Assembly: GCA_037447605.1 (NCBI GenBank)
Contig: CM074816.1
Span: 1,069,873-1,133,872, forward strand
Direction of reading: 5' to 3'
Source: Zygnema circumcarinatum SAG 698-1b
Taxonomy: Eukaryota; Plantae; Zygnematophyceae
DNA length: 64,000 bases
A model generated the notes under the pieces. That model did not search any database, was not told where the DNA came from, and worked only from the letters and a program-made list of their open reading frames with translations. Made by a program: the position numbers and the translations under genes. Numbering within the stretch: the stretch's first letter is position 1; each line of letters starts with the position of its first letter. Of the stretch, positions 22,581-35,822 are shown piece by piece.

Positions 22581-25500
22581 ATGGCGGCTGCCTTGACCCC
22601 TTGTGCGAGGATTACAGCAGCAGGAGGAGAGCTGACATTGCAGGGCTCAAGCGCCTCCGCGTCATCTAAAACCGCGAAGCATGTCTCTCGCCTTGCATGC
22701 ATCCATGGAGGCGTGCACAGTCTGTCGCAGAAATCCGTATTTTTGGCGTCCATGCCCCTGTTGCAGGCTCAGAACAGGAAGCAGGCGTGCAATAGTGTGA
22801 AGGCGGAAGGACGTTTGGTTACGGCTAAAGCTGCAGAGGGAGATCTGTATGAGGTGGAGCTAGAGAAACCGTATGGGATTAAATTCTACAAGGGAGAAGA
22901 TTTGGCCACTTATGTTGACCTCATCGCGCCAGGATCAAGTGCGGACAGGGTCGGCTTGATTTCTGAAGGAGACAAGGTTTTGGCGACGAGGTGAGGGATG
23001 TTTGGAAAGCGAATGGTTGGCTTCTGGAAATGCTTGTTGGACTTGCTAAAACCTGAACCTGAGCAGTGTTTGTTGGATTTATTGGAGGATTTTTGGATCC
23101 GTTGCAGATCCGTACACGAGGCTTCGCAGTAAAATCTGGAAGCATGCGTACTCTTCCTGCATAAAGCACTGATACATGCCGCTAGTCCCTTACAGTTTCC
23201 TCCATTGAAAACAAACTAATCCAAATTTTTTTCTGTTCCACGAGCGAGTTCATTAAAGCCTTAGTCCATGTTTCTGTTGGTCCATGTTTATTCTTCAAGA
23301 ATACTGAAGCTGATTTCGTTTCCCTTTTCTTCCTTCTCTGTGAGTGCAGTGCAATATTTGGTGATGACATATGGCCGGCAGCGGAGTACGGACGAACAAT
23401 GTATTCAGTAACGAATCGTGTCGGCATACTCACATTGAAAATGCAGAAGATGAATGGTAATCAATATTTGCTTTTTACTTTTTTGAATTTTTTTTCGTAG
23501 GTCGTTCTTGTGATGCAAGTGGGCGTCACAAATATGTGCGGCGTTCAGTGTACTTGGCTGTTCCTGAGTGGTTCTGTATGACTTTGCCCTTATTATGGGA
23601 TCTCAGGTGTCCGGAAGATGTGTGAAAGCGCAAAATGTTGACAGGAAAGTGACGTACACGTCTGTCCATCCACGAAATCCTCACTTTTGCCGGTTCTTCT
23701 TGTCGCAACAGGTGTGAAGACGCCCATCTTTGAGGGTAATGAGCAGTGGAAACAAGAGCGAAACGCTGGAAACTACGGAGATGCAATTCGGGATAAGCAG
23801 GTGAATTCTACATCTTAAAATGGAAAGTCTTTGGTATGCTTCAGGTTGATAGTTTAAGGGTTTCAAAGTCGTCCGTTTTGACCTACTTTCTTTTGCGCGA
23901 GGATGAATGCAGATTGAGAACTACACGAAGAAGGTTGAGATGCAAGCGCAGCGGGAAAAGGAGCTGGCGGAAGGACTCAAAGAGTACAAGTGAGTCCTGC
24001 TCTGGAATTCATTCCGCCGGCTGCACTCTCTTTTGATATTTTGCGCTGGGAGCTTTATCTTTCTATTTTGAGATAGTTTTGAAAGTAGGCCTGCTCAAGC
24101 ATTTTCGACTCTACTTTTGCCCGATGAAGAGGAAACAATCTGCAAACAGCGATAGTCTAATCTATGACGCAGCCCAATTCTGTTAATGACTTATGTGGAT
24201 AACGTGGGTGGAAAGCTAAACTCTAATGATTTTGTTGCCTAATGAGATTAATGCTGTTTACAAACCGCAAATGTGCGACGTAAAACTTCAGGGGTCCACC
24301 GACCGTAGTTAAGCAATCTTTTTTCACGAGTCTCTCTGCAGCCAACAAGGACAAGTGTCCTTGTGGAGAACCCGTCGTCTTCTTGTCGTCATTGACTTGA
24401 ATCAGCTTACGGCCGTCAGAGGACTATCGAGAACAACTTATGTCTCTTGTTAGTTCCTCCGTCAGTCAATAGAAGGCATTTCTGTTCACATTGAACTTTT
24501 TCTGAACAGAAAATTGTCTATCGCAAACGGCATACATGTCCTTATTTGCATGAAGTGCAGTAAAGCCTAAAGAGCTGTATTAAAGCCTTTTGACAAAGCA
24601 GAGAGAATCTTCGAAGTATTTGCAGTATCTGGAACTCTGGTAGTTTTATTTCTTGTATGTGTTTCAACTTGCCATCGCCAGTCTGGAAGATAAGGAACTG
24701 AAATTTTCATACTATTGAACAGTATGTAGGACGGCTTCTTAGTTTCCTGAGCGGGCTGGGTCTTTAAAGTTGACGGGTCTCCAATCTCTTCATGTGTGGC
24801 AGGGCTGGAAATTATGAGGAGTCTCTGATTCGGTTTGAAACTGTTATTGCTCTTGAGCCCACTCGGAAGGAGCAGGCTGTAGCGAGCTACAACATAGCGT
24901 GCTGTTATTCAAAATTAGGACAGGTGAGTCTGATCTTACTCTTTCAATACACCGTTCCTCTTTGCCCTCTATACTTTGTTTTTTCCTCTGTCGGGTATCC
25001 TTTGGTGGGTCACCAAGTGTGGACTTCAATGGTAATCAGTCAAAATAGTTCAAATTTGTATATGTAACTGAGGTTCAGCGGAATAGCTTGCCATAGGGGC
25101 TTGATATTAGAAGTGAGATGAATGCAAAATTGTTATGGAGTGACTTGAGAATGTCCTGCCTTAAGACAGAGATTCGGAACTCAATCTGTGACTTGACTCG
25201 ATGTGACATGACACAGGTGGATGCTGGTTTGGCGGCATTAGAAGCTGCAATGGTGGCGGGCTTTGAAGATTACAAGGTGAGGGACTTTGGGGTTGGTAGA
25301 CAAGTTGGCATTTTGGGTTTCGATCTTCACGGATTTCCATTGAAGCATTCTTTCATTCTCAGACCCAAGTAGCCCGGACATTGACCGCAGTCTAGGATTC
25401 GTCGAGGCCCTAAAATCTTCACAAAATTCAGGGAAATCTGAATATAGGAGCCTGAATTCTGTCATCTCTCGAGTCCTGAGTTTTCTTAGTGATGCTTCGT

Positions 25501-26026
25501 ATCCCACATCCCACACCTTCACTCCTGAACTTGACCGGATTTTGCACGACCACCTACCAGTAAAACTAAAAGCATTCCTTTTTGGAAGGTGTGCCATTTT
25601 TGCCCGAACCCTAGTACGTTTGGGCGAACCACACGTACCAGAATAGCCCGTCTTTCTCAGAACGACAGCGGAAGCGATTTCAACGTCTCTCTCTCTCACA
25701 CTCTCTGTCGCGCACCCTCTCACTCTTGTGCCTCACCCTCTTCCTCCCCTCTCTCCCACTGTCTCTCCGTGCTCGTGTGTACATTCGTCTCTCATCTTTC
25801 TTAGTACACTCTCTAAGTCGCATTACCCCCCCCATGGAGCCTGCCTAAAGAATGGTGACCTCATACGGAGGCTGTGCAGAATATCCGTACGGATGCGGAC
25901 CTGACGAAGCTGAGGGAGTCGGAGAAGTTTGTTCCTCTCCTGAACAGATTCGACGAGCCCTTCATCAACGAGAACGCCCTGAAGGCCATCTCCAGCGTCT
26001 TCGGTATATTTGGAGGGAAGAAATAA
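22581..26026 (+). CDS. MET1: Thylakoid PDZ-TPR protein MET1/ZKT, 7 exons
   Basis: Transit peptide; PDZ YEVELEKPYGIKFYKG...GDKVLAT|SAIFGDDIWPAAEYGRTMY; TPR AVASYNIACCYSKLGQ|VDAGLAALE...GFEDYK|NIRTDADL; C-terminus FDEPFINENALKAISSVFGIFGGKK*. Confidence 0.93.
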
Positions 26027-27354
26027 TTAGGGTTCAGACCACTCAGCTCTGAGTATTCTCCTGTGTGTGTCATGCTGAACCACATCTTCTCCTCCCCTCT
26101 CTTCTTTTTCCTCTGGTGTTCCCCTGCCCCAATTCTCGCCTTCCCTCCCTTCCCCCTTCCCATTATTCTTTCCCTCCCCGTTTCCCGTTTATTGTTCCTA
26201 TGGGCATTTTTTATTGTGTTTTAGTTCCGTATAGTTTAACTGACAAAAAGAAACAAGTGTGGCATAGATCGCTGTTTGATTTTCGCTAGGGAGAGGATAG
26301 CCTCAAACGGACACCCATAAGTAGGGTTCTGTAGCATTGGCAAGGTTCAAGGTCCAGGAGCAGGCGAGGGCAGGTCAGCCTCAAAGGCTAATTTTGCACG
26401 ATTGCCAAGAAGAGTCGTTCTGTTGAATTCATTACACTCTCCACATGTAGCTGTATGCATCACTTGTCCTCTCGTTACCATCGCCATGTCTGGCTGCTGA
26501 TGACATGGTAAGATGACATGTGATCGAGTCATGGTTTTTAAATCCTATGCATATATGTATTGTCACAAGGAGCGATTGTACAACTGCAAAACGCGTGCCG
26601 TTTGTGCCATTAAATGAACTTGGAAAAATCTATCTGATTGGCTGACATCGTTTATTGAAAACTGTATCTGCAGTCAGTAGTTAGCCACACATTGTCATGA
26701 ATGTTCCGCGCGTCTTGTGAGAGTTTTCTTTCGCCTTTTTCCTTCGCCAGTAGATTCTTTCCTTATCATTTATCGAAGCCCATGTGGCGATGCGCCGCCT
26801 CACACCTGCATTCAATCCCAGTTCACTTTCAAACTTTCCCCTAAAACCCCCAAGGATTGTAATAATGCATTGCGCCTTGTTTTCCACAAACGTTTGTGCG
26901 GTCTACCTTCTGTATAAAATAAATTAGTTGTGACTATTCTCTAACATAATCATCAAAACCGCCCATGACTAGAAACGCTGGGCGAAAAATTTCCTGGACA
27001 CTTCCTGCAGTTTTAATATGAAAATAAAAAGAAGAGGGCTGGGAGGAAAGGGGGAGGTCGGGGAGTTGAAAAAAACTGAGTGACAATTTAGTGTCTTTTC
27101 TCATCGTCAAAGCAATCAGAGAACGGAAAGCTCCGAACGGAGCTCCGACTTTAAAGTGATCGCAAGTTTAGCATAAAAGTGAAAAGGACATTTACGCATG
27201 CAAACCTTCCAATTACGAAAAAAATGTACGCTGCAATTCTACAATCTAAAAAAGCGACACGCCCTAGCCAACGCCAAAAATAACAAAAAAATTGCAAAAA
27301 ATGTGAAGCTGCTCCGAAACTTGCTCTGTAACTGTGCTTTGTAACTGTACAACG

Positions 27355-30300
27355 CTACAGCCGACTGTGACCAACCACATGGAACTGCGGTTTCGAGCTC
27401 GAGCCAACAAATAGACCGAGGTCCTCCTCGGCAGGGGGAGCGGCTCTCCCAACATCACGCAAATAATCGTTCACAACATATTTCCTTTCTTTCCCTTCGA
27501 TCTGCCCGGATCCCAAAAAAGCGGGCGAAGCCTCGGACAAAAATTTTGCAAAGCGAGACCCCTTTTGGGGAGCATCTTTTTGGAGGAGGTCGAGGGAGTG
27601 CCTGAGGCTCCCACGAGAGTCATCTCTTTGAGAAGGAGAGGGAGCGGGGAGAAGGAGAGGGAGAGTGAGGGAGCGAGGGGGGGAAGGGAGGGAGGGGAGG
27701 GAGGGGAGGGAGGGGAGCGAGAGCGTAGTTGGAGGCGGTGAGGGCGAGGGAACAAGGGCCCATACAATAGAGAGCGCCTTGTCTTGGAGGTTCAAAAAAG
27801 ACAAACTATTTACATTTTGTACACCTGCATAGGGGCGCAAAAGACAGATAGAAGTTTTTTACTTTTTTTACTGGCATCGGGTTTTGTCACTCTCTCCATC
27901 TCCTCTTCCTTCCCTGTCGCTCGCCCTCCATCTCCTCATCTCTCCCTCTGCTTCACCCTCGCACATACCTATTCCTCTCACTCTCGCCATCTTCTCTTTT
28001 CCCTCCCTGTCTCTCCCTCTCAATCTCCTCATCTCTCCCTCGGCCTCTCCCTCACACGTACCTATTTCTCTATCTCTCTCGCCATCTCCTCGTCCCTCTT
28101 CCCTCCCTTTCTCTTCTTATACCTATTCCTCTCTCTCTCTCTCCCCGCCCATCTCCTCATCTCTCCCTCTGCCTCTCCCTCACACATACCTTTTGCTCTC
28201 TCCCCCTCCCTCTCCACTTCTCTCCCTGTCGCTTCCTCAGTCATACCTATTCCTCTCTCTCACTCTCCCTCCATCTCCTTATCCCTCCCTCTGCTTCTTC
28301 CTCACTCATACCCATTACTCTCTGTCTTTCTCTCTCTCTATCTCCATCTCCTCATCTCTCCCTGTGCCTCTCCCTAATACCCATTCCTCTCTCCCTCTCC
28401 CTCTCCTTTTCCCTCCCTATCCTCACTAATACCTATTCCTCGCTTTCTCTCTCGCCCTCTCTCTCGCCCTCTCTCTCTCCATCTCATCTCTCCCTCTGCC
28501 TCTCCCTCCCACATACCCGCTGTGGCAAACTGGAAGACAGCAGCGAGGGCGGCTGAGGGCACACTGAAGTTGAGATGTGGGAGCACCGCCCAACCGTTGT
28601 GCTTTGCATTGCTGCCCCCAAAAGCAAAAAAAAATAAGGGGGGTGAAAAAAAAAGGGGGGAGGGCGGGTGGGAGGAGAGAATCAGTCCAATAATAGTCCC
28701 CCAAAAATCATACCTTTCTCCTCGTCAGTTGGTGCAATAGGGACCACCCAAAAAATATAAATTCCCAAATTCCTAAGCTCTTAAATTCCTGAATCTCAAA
28801 GGTCTTCTGAATCCGCTCCAACCGCCAATAGGGAATTTCATTACTTAAAAGTTATTTCACATGTTTTGAATTCAAAATCAGGACACGCTTTCCCCCAATC
28901 ACCCCACCACAACNNNNNNNNNNCCCCCCCCCCCCCCCCCAAAAAAAACAAAAAAAATCCTCTTTCCTGCAGACAAAACAAAGTCCTTTTCCTTCAAAGG
29001 ATATTCCTTATCATTATCAAGTCTGAACCCCTCATTTATACCCCCCAAGAAACCAAACCTCTTCTTTTCTGACAAGAAAAAAAGTACCTTGTGACAAGAC
29101 CGATCATTTGTCCTTTTCTGTTGACCACCGCTCCCCCACTCCCTCCCGCGTGAACGGCCGCCGTTGTCTGCAACAGAACTGGAACCGGAGCTCTCCCACC
29201 ATGTGAACAGGGGCCCTCTACCACTCTCGCTACCACTCCCACACTCACGGAAGGCTTCAGATCTGCAAACCCACCCCAACACGAATCGGAAAAGGGTGAT
29301 TTTTGTTACCTCGGTTATGTTCACCTGATGCGACCCTAAAGTTCTGAAACTCTCAGAACTTTCTCAATGAGGGAGGAGAAGGGTGGGAATGTTTGCACAG
29401 TTTAGGGGTTCAGGGTTGAGGGTCTAATTTTAGGGTTCAGAGTTTAGGGTTCAAGGTCAGGGTTTAGGGTTCAAGGTCAGGGTTTAGGGTTCAGGGTTGT
29501 GGGTTTAAGTAAAGGGTTCAGGGTATCAAGTAAAAGAGTAAAGAGTAAAAAGGGTAAAGAGTATCGCTGCAATCAATCCTTAACAAATCACAAAAAAAAA
29601 AACGTCCAATGTTCGAGATTCAAAAAACAGCGGAAAACCCACGAACCTCGGAAACGTAGCACACCTATTAACACCATTTTTCTTTATTAATTTATTAGCT
29701 TTTGCTTACCCAAGCGAGGCCCGAACAGGCCATGGCCAATCACCGCCGCCATGGATCCTGCTTCCGGAGCTTTCATTTCCGCCCGAATGGCTCTCAGACC
29801 CTTTGGAGCATCTCTCAGTTTCAAGATCGCAACATCCAACGGTCCGTGTGAGACGAAAACTACTTCAGCTTCATACCACACATAGGGAGGGAGGAGAGCT
29901 CCCACATCACTCTCTCTCTCTCGGCCTGTTTGCACTCTCACCCGGCACGTGTGATGGGACTGAGGGTGCCTATTCGGAGGAGTGGGAGAGGGAGCGGAGT
30001 GGGAGAGGGGCTCTCCCACCAGTGAAGAAGGAAGAGGGAGTTGCCTGTCCCTACTCTCACTTTGAGATTCTCTCTTTCTTAATAGAGGGCTGCTTCTGCC
30101 TAAGTTCTGATGTGGAATATCACTTTTTCGGGGACGAGTAATGGCGGAATGTTCTCTAGGATTTGAATATCTCCCACTGTCTTCATTATGTGAGGCCCTT
30201 TTTCTGAACCTCCACGGTTCGATGAGGTGGGCATTAGTAAGGACAAATCCTTTTTGAGAGATAATGACTCCGGAAGCCCAGGCTCCATCTCCCACAGTTA

Positions 30301-30773
30301 TGAGCACAACTGAAGCCATGGCTACGTTCACAGCCTCTGTGGCAGCCCCTACCTCCAATGGCCCCTCTCTCTCTCCCATCTCTCTCTTCTCTAAACCAAG
30401 GGAGGAGTCTCGGGCATTCTCTACTGATCGGCAAAGACTTTTCTGGAAAGAAAATGCGGGGCCGAATGTTGGGTCGTTTTGGAAGCTTGAGGAAGAAATT
30501 TCATTTGGTAATCGGACTACTTCAGGGTCTGCTGATTGATTTTGATTATGGAAAAGCTTTGAAGTGGGTGCAGCTTCAAAGGAGGAGATTTGCTTTGGAC
30601 TGCTTAGGGCCTTAGAGAGGGAGGTAGACGATGCCGAAATGGGGCCGAGAGGGAGAGGGAGAGGGAGAGGGAGTGAGAGGGTGGGAGGGAAGCCAAGAAT
30701 GGGAGGGTTCAAAGGGAGGCGGAGAGGTGTGAGAGCTCCTGCCAGCGCGTCAGACGTGACCAAAAGCTGCAAA

Positions 30774-30805
<32 letters not shown>

Positions 30806-32404
30806 CAAAATGAAGAGAGATTAGTATGGGTTTGAGGTATTTACTCATAGGTTTTAGGTTTCATTGAAGATATTTCCAGTTCAATTCTCCGATGCTCCCT
30901 TCCTGAGAATGAAAAATAACATCACTGCATATGGCTGAATATGTCGCTTCACATAGTTACTGGAAAAAAGACTAACACATAGAAATCACGAGTAGATAGT
31001 TTTACTGTGACTTCTGTTAGAAAGTTAAATTTACTGACACTTTGCTTTTCAAAATTTTGTAGTAAATTAGTGTTTTTAACAAACTTTTATATGCCCTCAA
31101 AGGGATATCCCCCCACCTGCACTTCCACGCCGGCAGCTTTTTGGCGGAGAGGACGGGTGAGCATTCCCACAAGCAGACCCCCCTCGTTCACTATGGGGGC
31201 CCCCTCCATTCCTGCACTAAAGGACACGTGTCAGAGTCAATGAAGGACCCTCCCCCCCCTCACTCTCCCTCGCTCTCTCCCCCTCCCCCGTCTCCCTCTC
31301 CCTCTCCCTCTCCCTCTCCCTCTCGTCTTCCTTCCTCCAACTCTCCTCCTGGCTCGACATCAACAGTTTGCAGAATAGAGATGAATGTAGGAGTTATGTT
31401 GTGCTTTCCAGCCAAGCAGTGGTAAAAGACAAGAAATGAATCCTCAGCATTCCAGATATTCCAAACCTAAAGCCCCAAATCTGGCAATACAATTTATGGG
31501 GGTTTAGGGTTTTGAGAGGTCCCACCCGGGAGGCAGCGCATGTCCGCCATCACCAGAGAGGGAGAGGAAGAATTCGGAGGCCAAAAGTTTCCCGCCACTC
31601 CCACACTTACACTGCAACCAGTTCTCTCCCACCCTCCCACTTACTACCTCTCGTTTTCCACTCCCTCACACTAACTATCTCTCGTTTCCACTCCCTCACA
31701 CTAACTATCTCTCGTTTCCACTCCCTCCCACTAACTCTGTCTCGTTTCCACTCCCTCACACTAACTATCTCTCGTTTCCACTCCCTCCCACCTACTACCT
31801 CTCACTCTGGCAAACCAAACGGTCTTACCAAATTCAAGCTTTTTAGCAGCTACTGTCACATGGGAATCAGTTTGATCTCAACTTAAACCACTAGGACTGG
31901 CGCAGGTCCACGTAATTCTTCCTCTCCTTCCTCCCACTCCCACCCACTTACTATCTCCCGTCTCCCGTTTCCACTCGCTATCCCCATCTCTAAAACAAGA
32001 GCTAAATTTTTTTTGGAAAAAGGCCAGCGAGGAGAGATTGTACGTGAGGGGGGAGGGGAGAGAAAAAAAAAAGAAAGAAAGGAAGAAGGGAAAAAAAAAA
32101 AAAAAAAGGTATAGTGGCTAAAGGGCCCACCTGTTGAGGAAGTGGTGGGGAGAGAGAATGCCAAAGGGAGAGCCGACAGCAGCTAAAGTATCTCCTCTCA
32201 TTAAGCCTGCTGACGTCATCAAGCCCCATGGTAACTGCCAAAAAATAAAAAACAACGCATACTGACAAAAATGTAAATTTTCTTCGTGGCATCAACTCCG
32301 TCATGCATTGATTAAAAAAAACAGAAACGTTGGTGGTTTATGAAGGACCTACGGCGTAACACGAATTAGCTTTTACTTGAGCTTTTTCATAAACATATAC
32401 ATAG

Positions 32405-32469
<65 letters not shown>

Positions 32470-35400
32470 TTCTAGTACCTTTTCAGACCTTTCCTTCCTT
32501 AGTTTTTTCATGCTTTTCTTGTCTTCTTTCCTTGTTTTGAGGATTTTTTCTTTTTCCTACATTATTGAGGCTTTCCTTTTCGTCTCTTTTTGAGCCCAAC
32601 AAGAGCACCTTGTGCAGGTCCTGCAGCTGCTCCTGCTGCTTGAGCGCTCGGCCAATCGCAGCGCTGCTGGGGAGGGAGGGGGCCGTACGGACCCTCAGAA
32701 CTGCCACGTGGAGGGAGGGCATTGGGCCGCCCTCTGAAGGAGAGGGGGGGCTGCTACTCGCTGGAAGAGGGGGGGGCTGCGCATGGCGGGAGGGCTGGGA
32801 GGGGGGGGAGAGAGAGAGGGAGAGAGGGAGGGAGAGAGAGAGAGAGAGGGGGCGAGGGAGAGGGAGAGAGAGAGAGGCGGCGAGGGAGAGGGAGAGAGAG
32901 GGAGGATTTAGAAGGGGGGGAAGACAGGGAAAAAAAAGAGAGGTGAAGAGAGAGAGGGAGGGGGAGAGAGGGAGGACGACAGAGAGGGGCGAGGAGAGGG
33001 AGAGAGAGAGGCGGCGAGGGAGAGGGAGAGAGAGGGAGGATTTAGAAGGGGGGGAAGACAGGGAAAAAAAAGAGAGGTGAAGAGAGAGAGGGAGGGGGAG
33101 AGAGGGAGGACGACAGAGAGGGGAGAGGAGCAGGCAGCAAACATGAAGGCAGGAAACGACAGCAGCAAGGACAAAGGAGTGGTGGGAAAGAAGGGAAGAG
33201 AGCGAGAGAGGGGGAGAGAGGGAGAGAGAGCAACCATTAGGGCAGGACATTTGAGTAACAGAGGCAAAACCACCTCATCACAACTGAACACGACATGACA
33301 CATGGAGACACATGCAGCGAATTCCTACATCTAGTGCTACCTTCTTCACCATTTCCACATGCCTCGAACTCATTCTAAAACTTGAGAGTGTGGAAGACAT
33401 GCGAGTGCTGTTTACAGTAAAGCGAGAGAGGGTAATGGAGTCTCCAAATAGAGGTGCAGAGACGAGAGAGGGAGACATACAGGCTTGGATGCTCGAGCTA
33501 TGGCTTCTGTGGGGAGGGAGGAAGCCCCTCCCTCTGAGGGAGAGAGATTCCACCCAAAGTCCCACCCCAAAGGACCGCTCCGACCTTGGGCCAAAAGGAG
33601 CCCCTCCAAGGCAGAGTTTGCCTCCGGAATATCCACCTATTATTGCATAGCAAAGGAAAGGAAAGGAAAGGGAAGACATAGCAAGGGGAAAGTGGGGTTG
33701 GGAGGCTTTTGGAGGGAGAGAGGGAGCGGGAGAGAGAGGAAGAGAAGTGATGCATGACATGTTTGCTTAAATGATGGGTATGTATGGCCATGGGAGAAGC
33801 TATCCGGATTTCAGATTTGGTCAAACCCTAGAGCGGCTCTAACCTTTTAAGGAGCAGAGCTAACATTATTTGCTGAAGGAAGGGTTAGTTTTGCCTTCAA
33901 AAATGGGTTTCCATCCTTCAAAAAAGTTCCTTATCACACTCACAAGGGCCAAAAGCTCCGCCGGGTGCCACAATGCAGTTAAGATATTCTCCCCATCTTC
34001 AGTGCCACTTCCCCCCTGGCACATAATATAATACAACACATTTCAATAAGAAATATATATATTACAAAATACATTCTTGCACATGACCATGGATAAAAAA
34101 AAATTATTATTTTATACACATACAATGCATGTGCGATAAGGCATGCAGTGAAGAAACAAACAAGCTTGGAATATATAGCACAGGTCCATTCAGTTTATTA
34201 CCTCTGCCAAGATGTGAATCGCAGCCCCGGGCAGCAGCTCTGGAGATGCCTGCCAATGTTCCATAATATATTTTCAGCATCAAAACTTCGCCAAACCCTA
34301 AAAACGGAAAACCAACACGAAAGCAGAGCTTGCCTGCATTCAAAGACCCATACGACTACAACAAGTGCTTACATCAGGCAGAGAAGTGATGAAGACTTTC
34401 CCCAAAAGTTGAATAGCTTCAAGAATTTCAGACCTTCTAGAGACGAGAATCTGGAAACTCACTCACCTCTACGCCTGCCTGATGGCCTCTTCCCTGCTTT
34501 AAAAAGGACTGCAGAGCACTCCCACATGTTACTATGACTGCAGAAGTGCTCTTTTCAAGGGTCCCTTCTACGTGGTTTTCTTCTAGAAACGAGTGGGAGG
34601 GAAGGAGAATGCCGGAAACAGAGAGAGTTGTGACTCCACAACTGCCCCCCCCCCATGCATCCGAAACATCGGAGTCAGCTCACATCATGCATGGCAAGTT
34701 AGTCACAACATGACTAACAATTGAACAAAGGATGGATATCATGATCGTAGGGGGAGGCCAGGAAAGAAAGGAGTGATGGAAAGTAGACCATAGTTAGAGA
34801 CGTGCCGTCTGACAGTGCACTAGTGAGAGGGAGGCCCGAAGGGAGTGAGAGTGCAAAAGTGAACGAGAGAGGGGGGGGTTGAGAGCGCTGAGAGAGCATA
34901 GGGGCAGAAGAGAGGGGCAGAGAGAGACGGGTGCAGCGGGGTGCAAGAAGACGGAGAGAAGGCGGAAGCGAGTAGCGGAAAGGGGGGAAGAGAGCGCGAA
35001 GGAGAGAGAGGCAGAGAGAGCTGGGAGAGAAGTGTCAACAAGTGCCGGAGAGGGATGCAGAGAGGGGTGTAGAGAGCTCAAGAAAAGAGAGAGGGGAGAA
35101 AAGAGAGTGGGAGACAAGGCAGAACAATGAGTATCAGATAACATACTCAGAGTTATAGAAAGCGTGGCGTCTCAATTTCCGGCCTTTGGGGTCCTGCTCC
35201 GCCAGGGAATGATGCCATGAGTGAATGGAAATAAAAAGAGAAGGGGAGGGTCTAGAAAAAAGAAACCTCAGAAAACAAAATGTGTGATTTGACATTACTG
35301 CCGACACTGCGTGGTTATCAATTTTCATATACGCAAATCCTTCCCTTGCATGTAAGCGGCTAATGGCAACTGCACTTCGCGACTTATGGAGGGACTGCCC

Positions 35401-35701
35401 TTCATTCTCTCTACATAAGTTTTAGAATCTTTTTCAGGTTTCTCGTTCTTCCTGAAGTATTTTATTAGACACGACAAAAAATGAAGGCAAAAAAAATGCT
35501 GCGTTTAATCTATTTCATGCTGCGATTCGTTTCCAGAAATCACCGTTTTCAGCAGGACAGTGAAAACTGTAAGAAAATGAAATTTTAATTCCCAGTGAGA
35601 AAACAGCTGCCGCGAAATTGCTTTCACTTCGTTTCATGTTCGTCCCTGCTGTAAACAGTGAAACTGACGGAGGCGCCACATAAGTATCAACACAGAACAA
35701 C

Positions 35702-35752
<51 letters not shown>

Positions 35753-35822
35753 GCACCGGCCCACGGATTCTGACCATGACCGCCATAGACCGCGCTACGG
35801 CGAGCGCAACAGAAGGCGCCAT
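27355..35822 (-). CDS. DEG15: Peroxisomal/glyoxysomal processing protease DEG15 (trypsin-like), more than 10 exons
   Basis: N-terminus AVMVRIRGP|[12 protein letters not shown]; [22 protein letters not shown]; [11 protein letters not shown]; LTRPLRQK; catalytic [22 protein letters not shown]; KGSRFAKF; C-terminal PTS1 SRL*. Some 5' exons are not resolved. Confidence 0.92.
27825..28516 (-). repeat. DEG15 last intron composed of degenerate ~60-70-bp units, each starting with a 5' splice-site copy
   Basis: Eight (A/G)G|GTA(T/C) copies at 28431, 28379, 28310, 28245, 28188, 28121, 28060 and 27967; the best-preserved units carry GAGGGAGAGGCAGAGGGAGAGATGAG-like tails. Confidence 0.8.
29401..29525 (+). 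repeat. Degenerate telomere-like (TTTAGGG/TTCAGGG) array in a DEG15 intron
   Basis: Repeated TTTAGGGTTCAAGGTCAGGG units. Confidence 0.85.
31648..31800 (+). repeat. 30-bp minisatellite, about 5 copies, intronic in DEG15
   Basis: Unit CTCTCGTTTCCACTCCCTCACACTAACTAT. Confidence 0.92.
32408..32465. repeat. (TA)n microsatellite
   Basis: Uninterrupted TA run. Confidence 0.95.

Noticed and set aside
31648-31800. Regular 30-bp periodicity suggestive of CRISPR
   Set aside because: Head-to-tail repeats with no unique spacers, no cas genes and a eukaryotic intron context.
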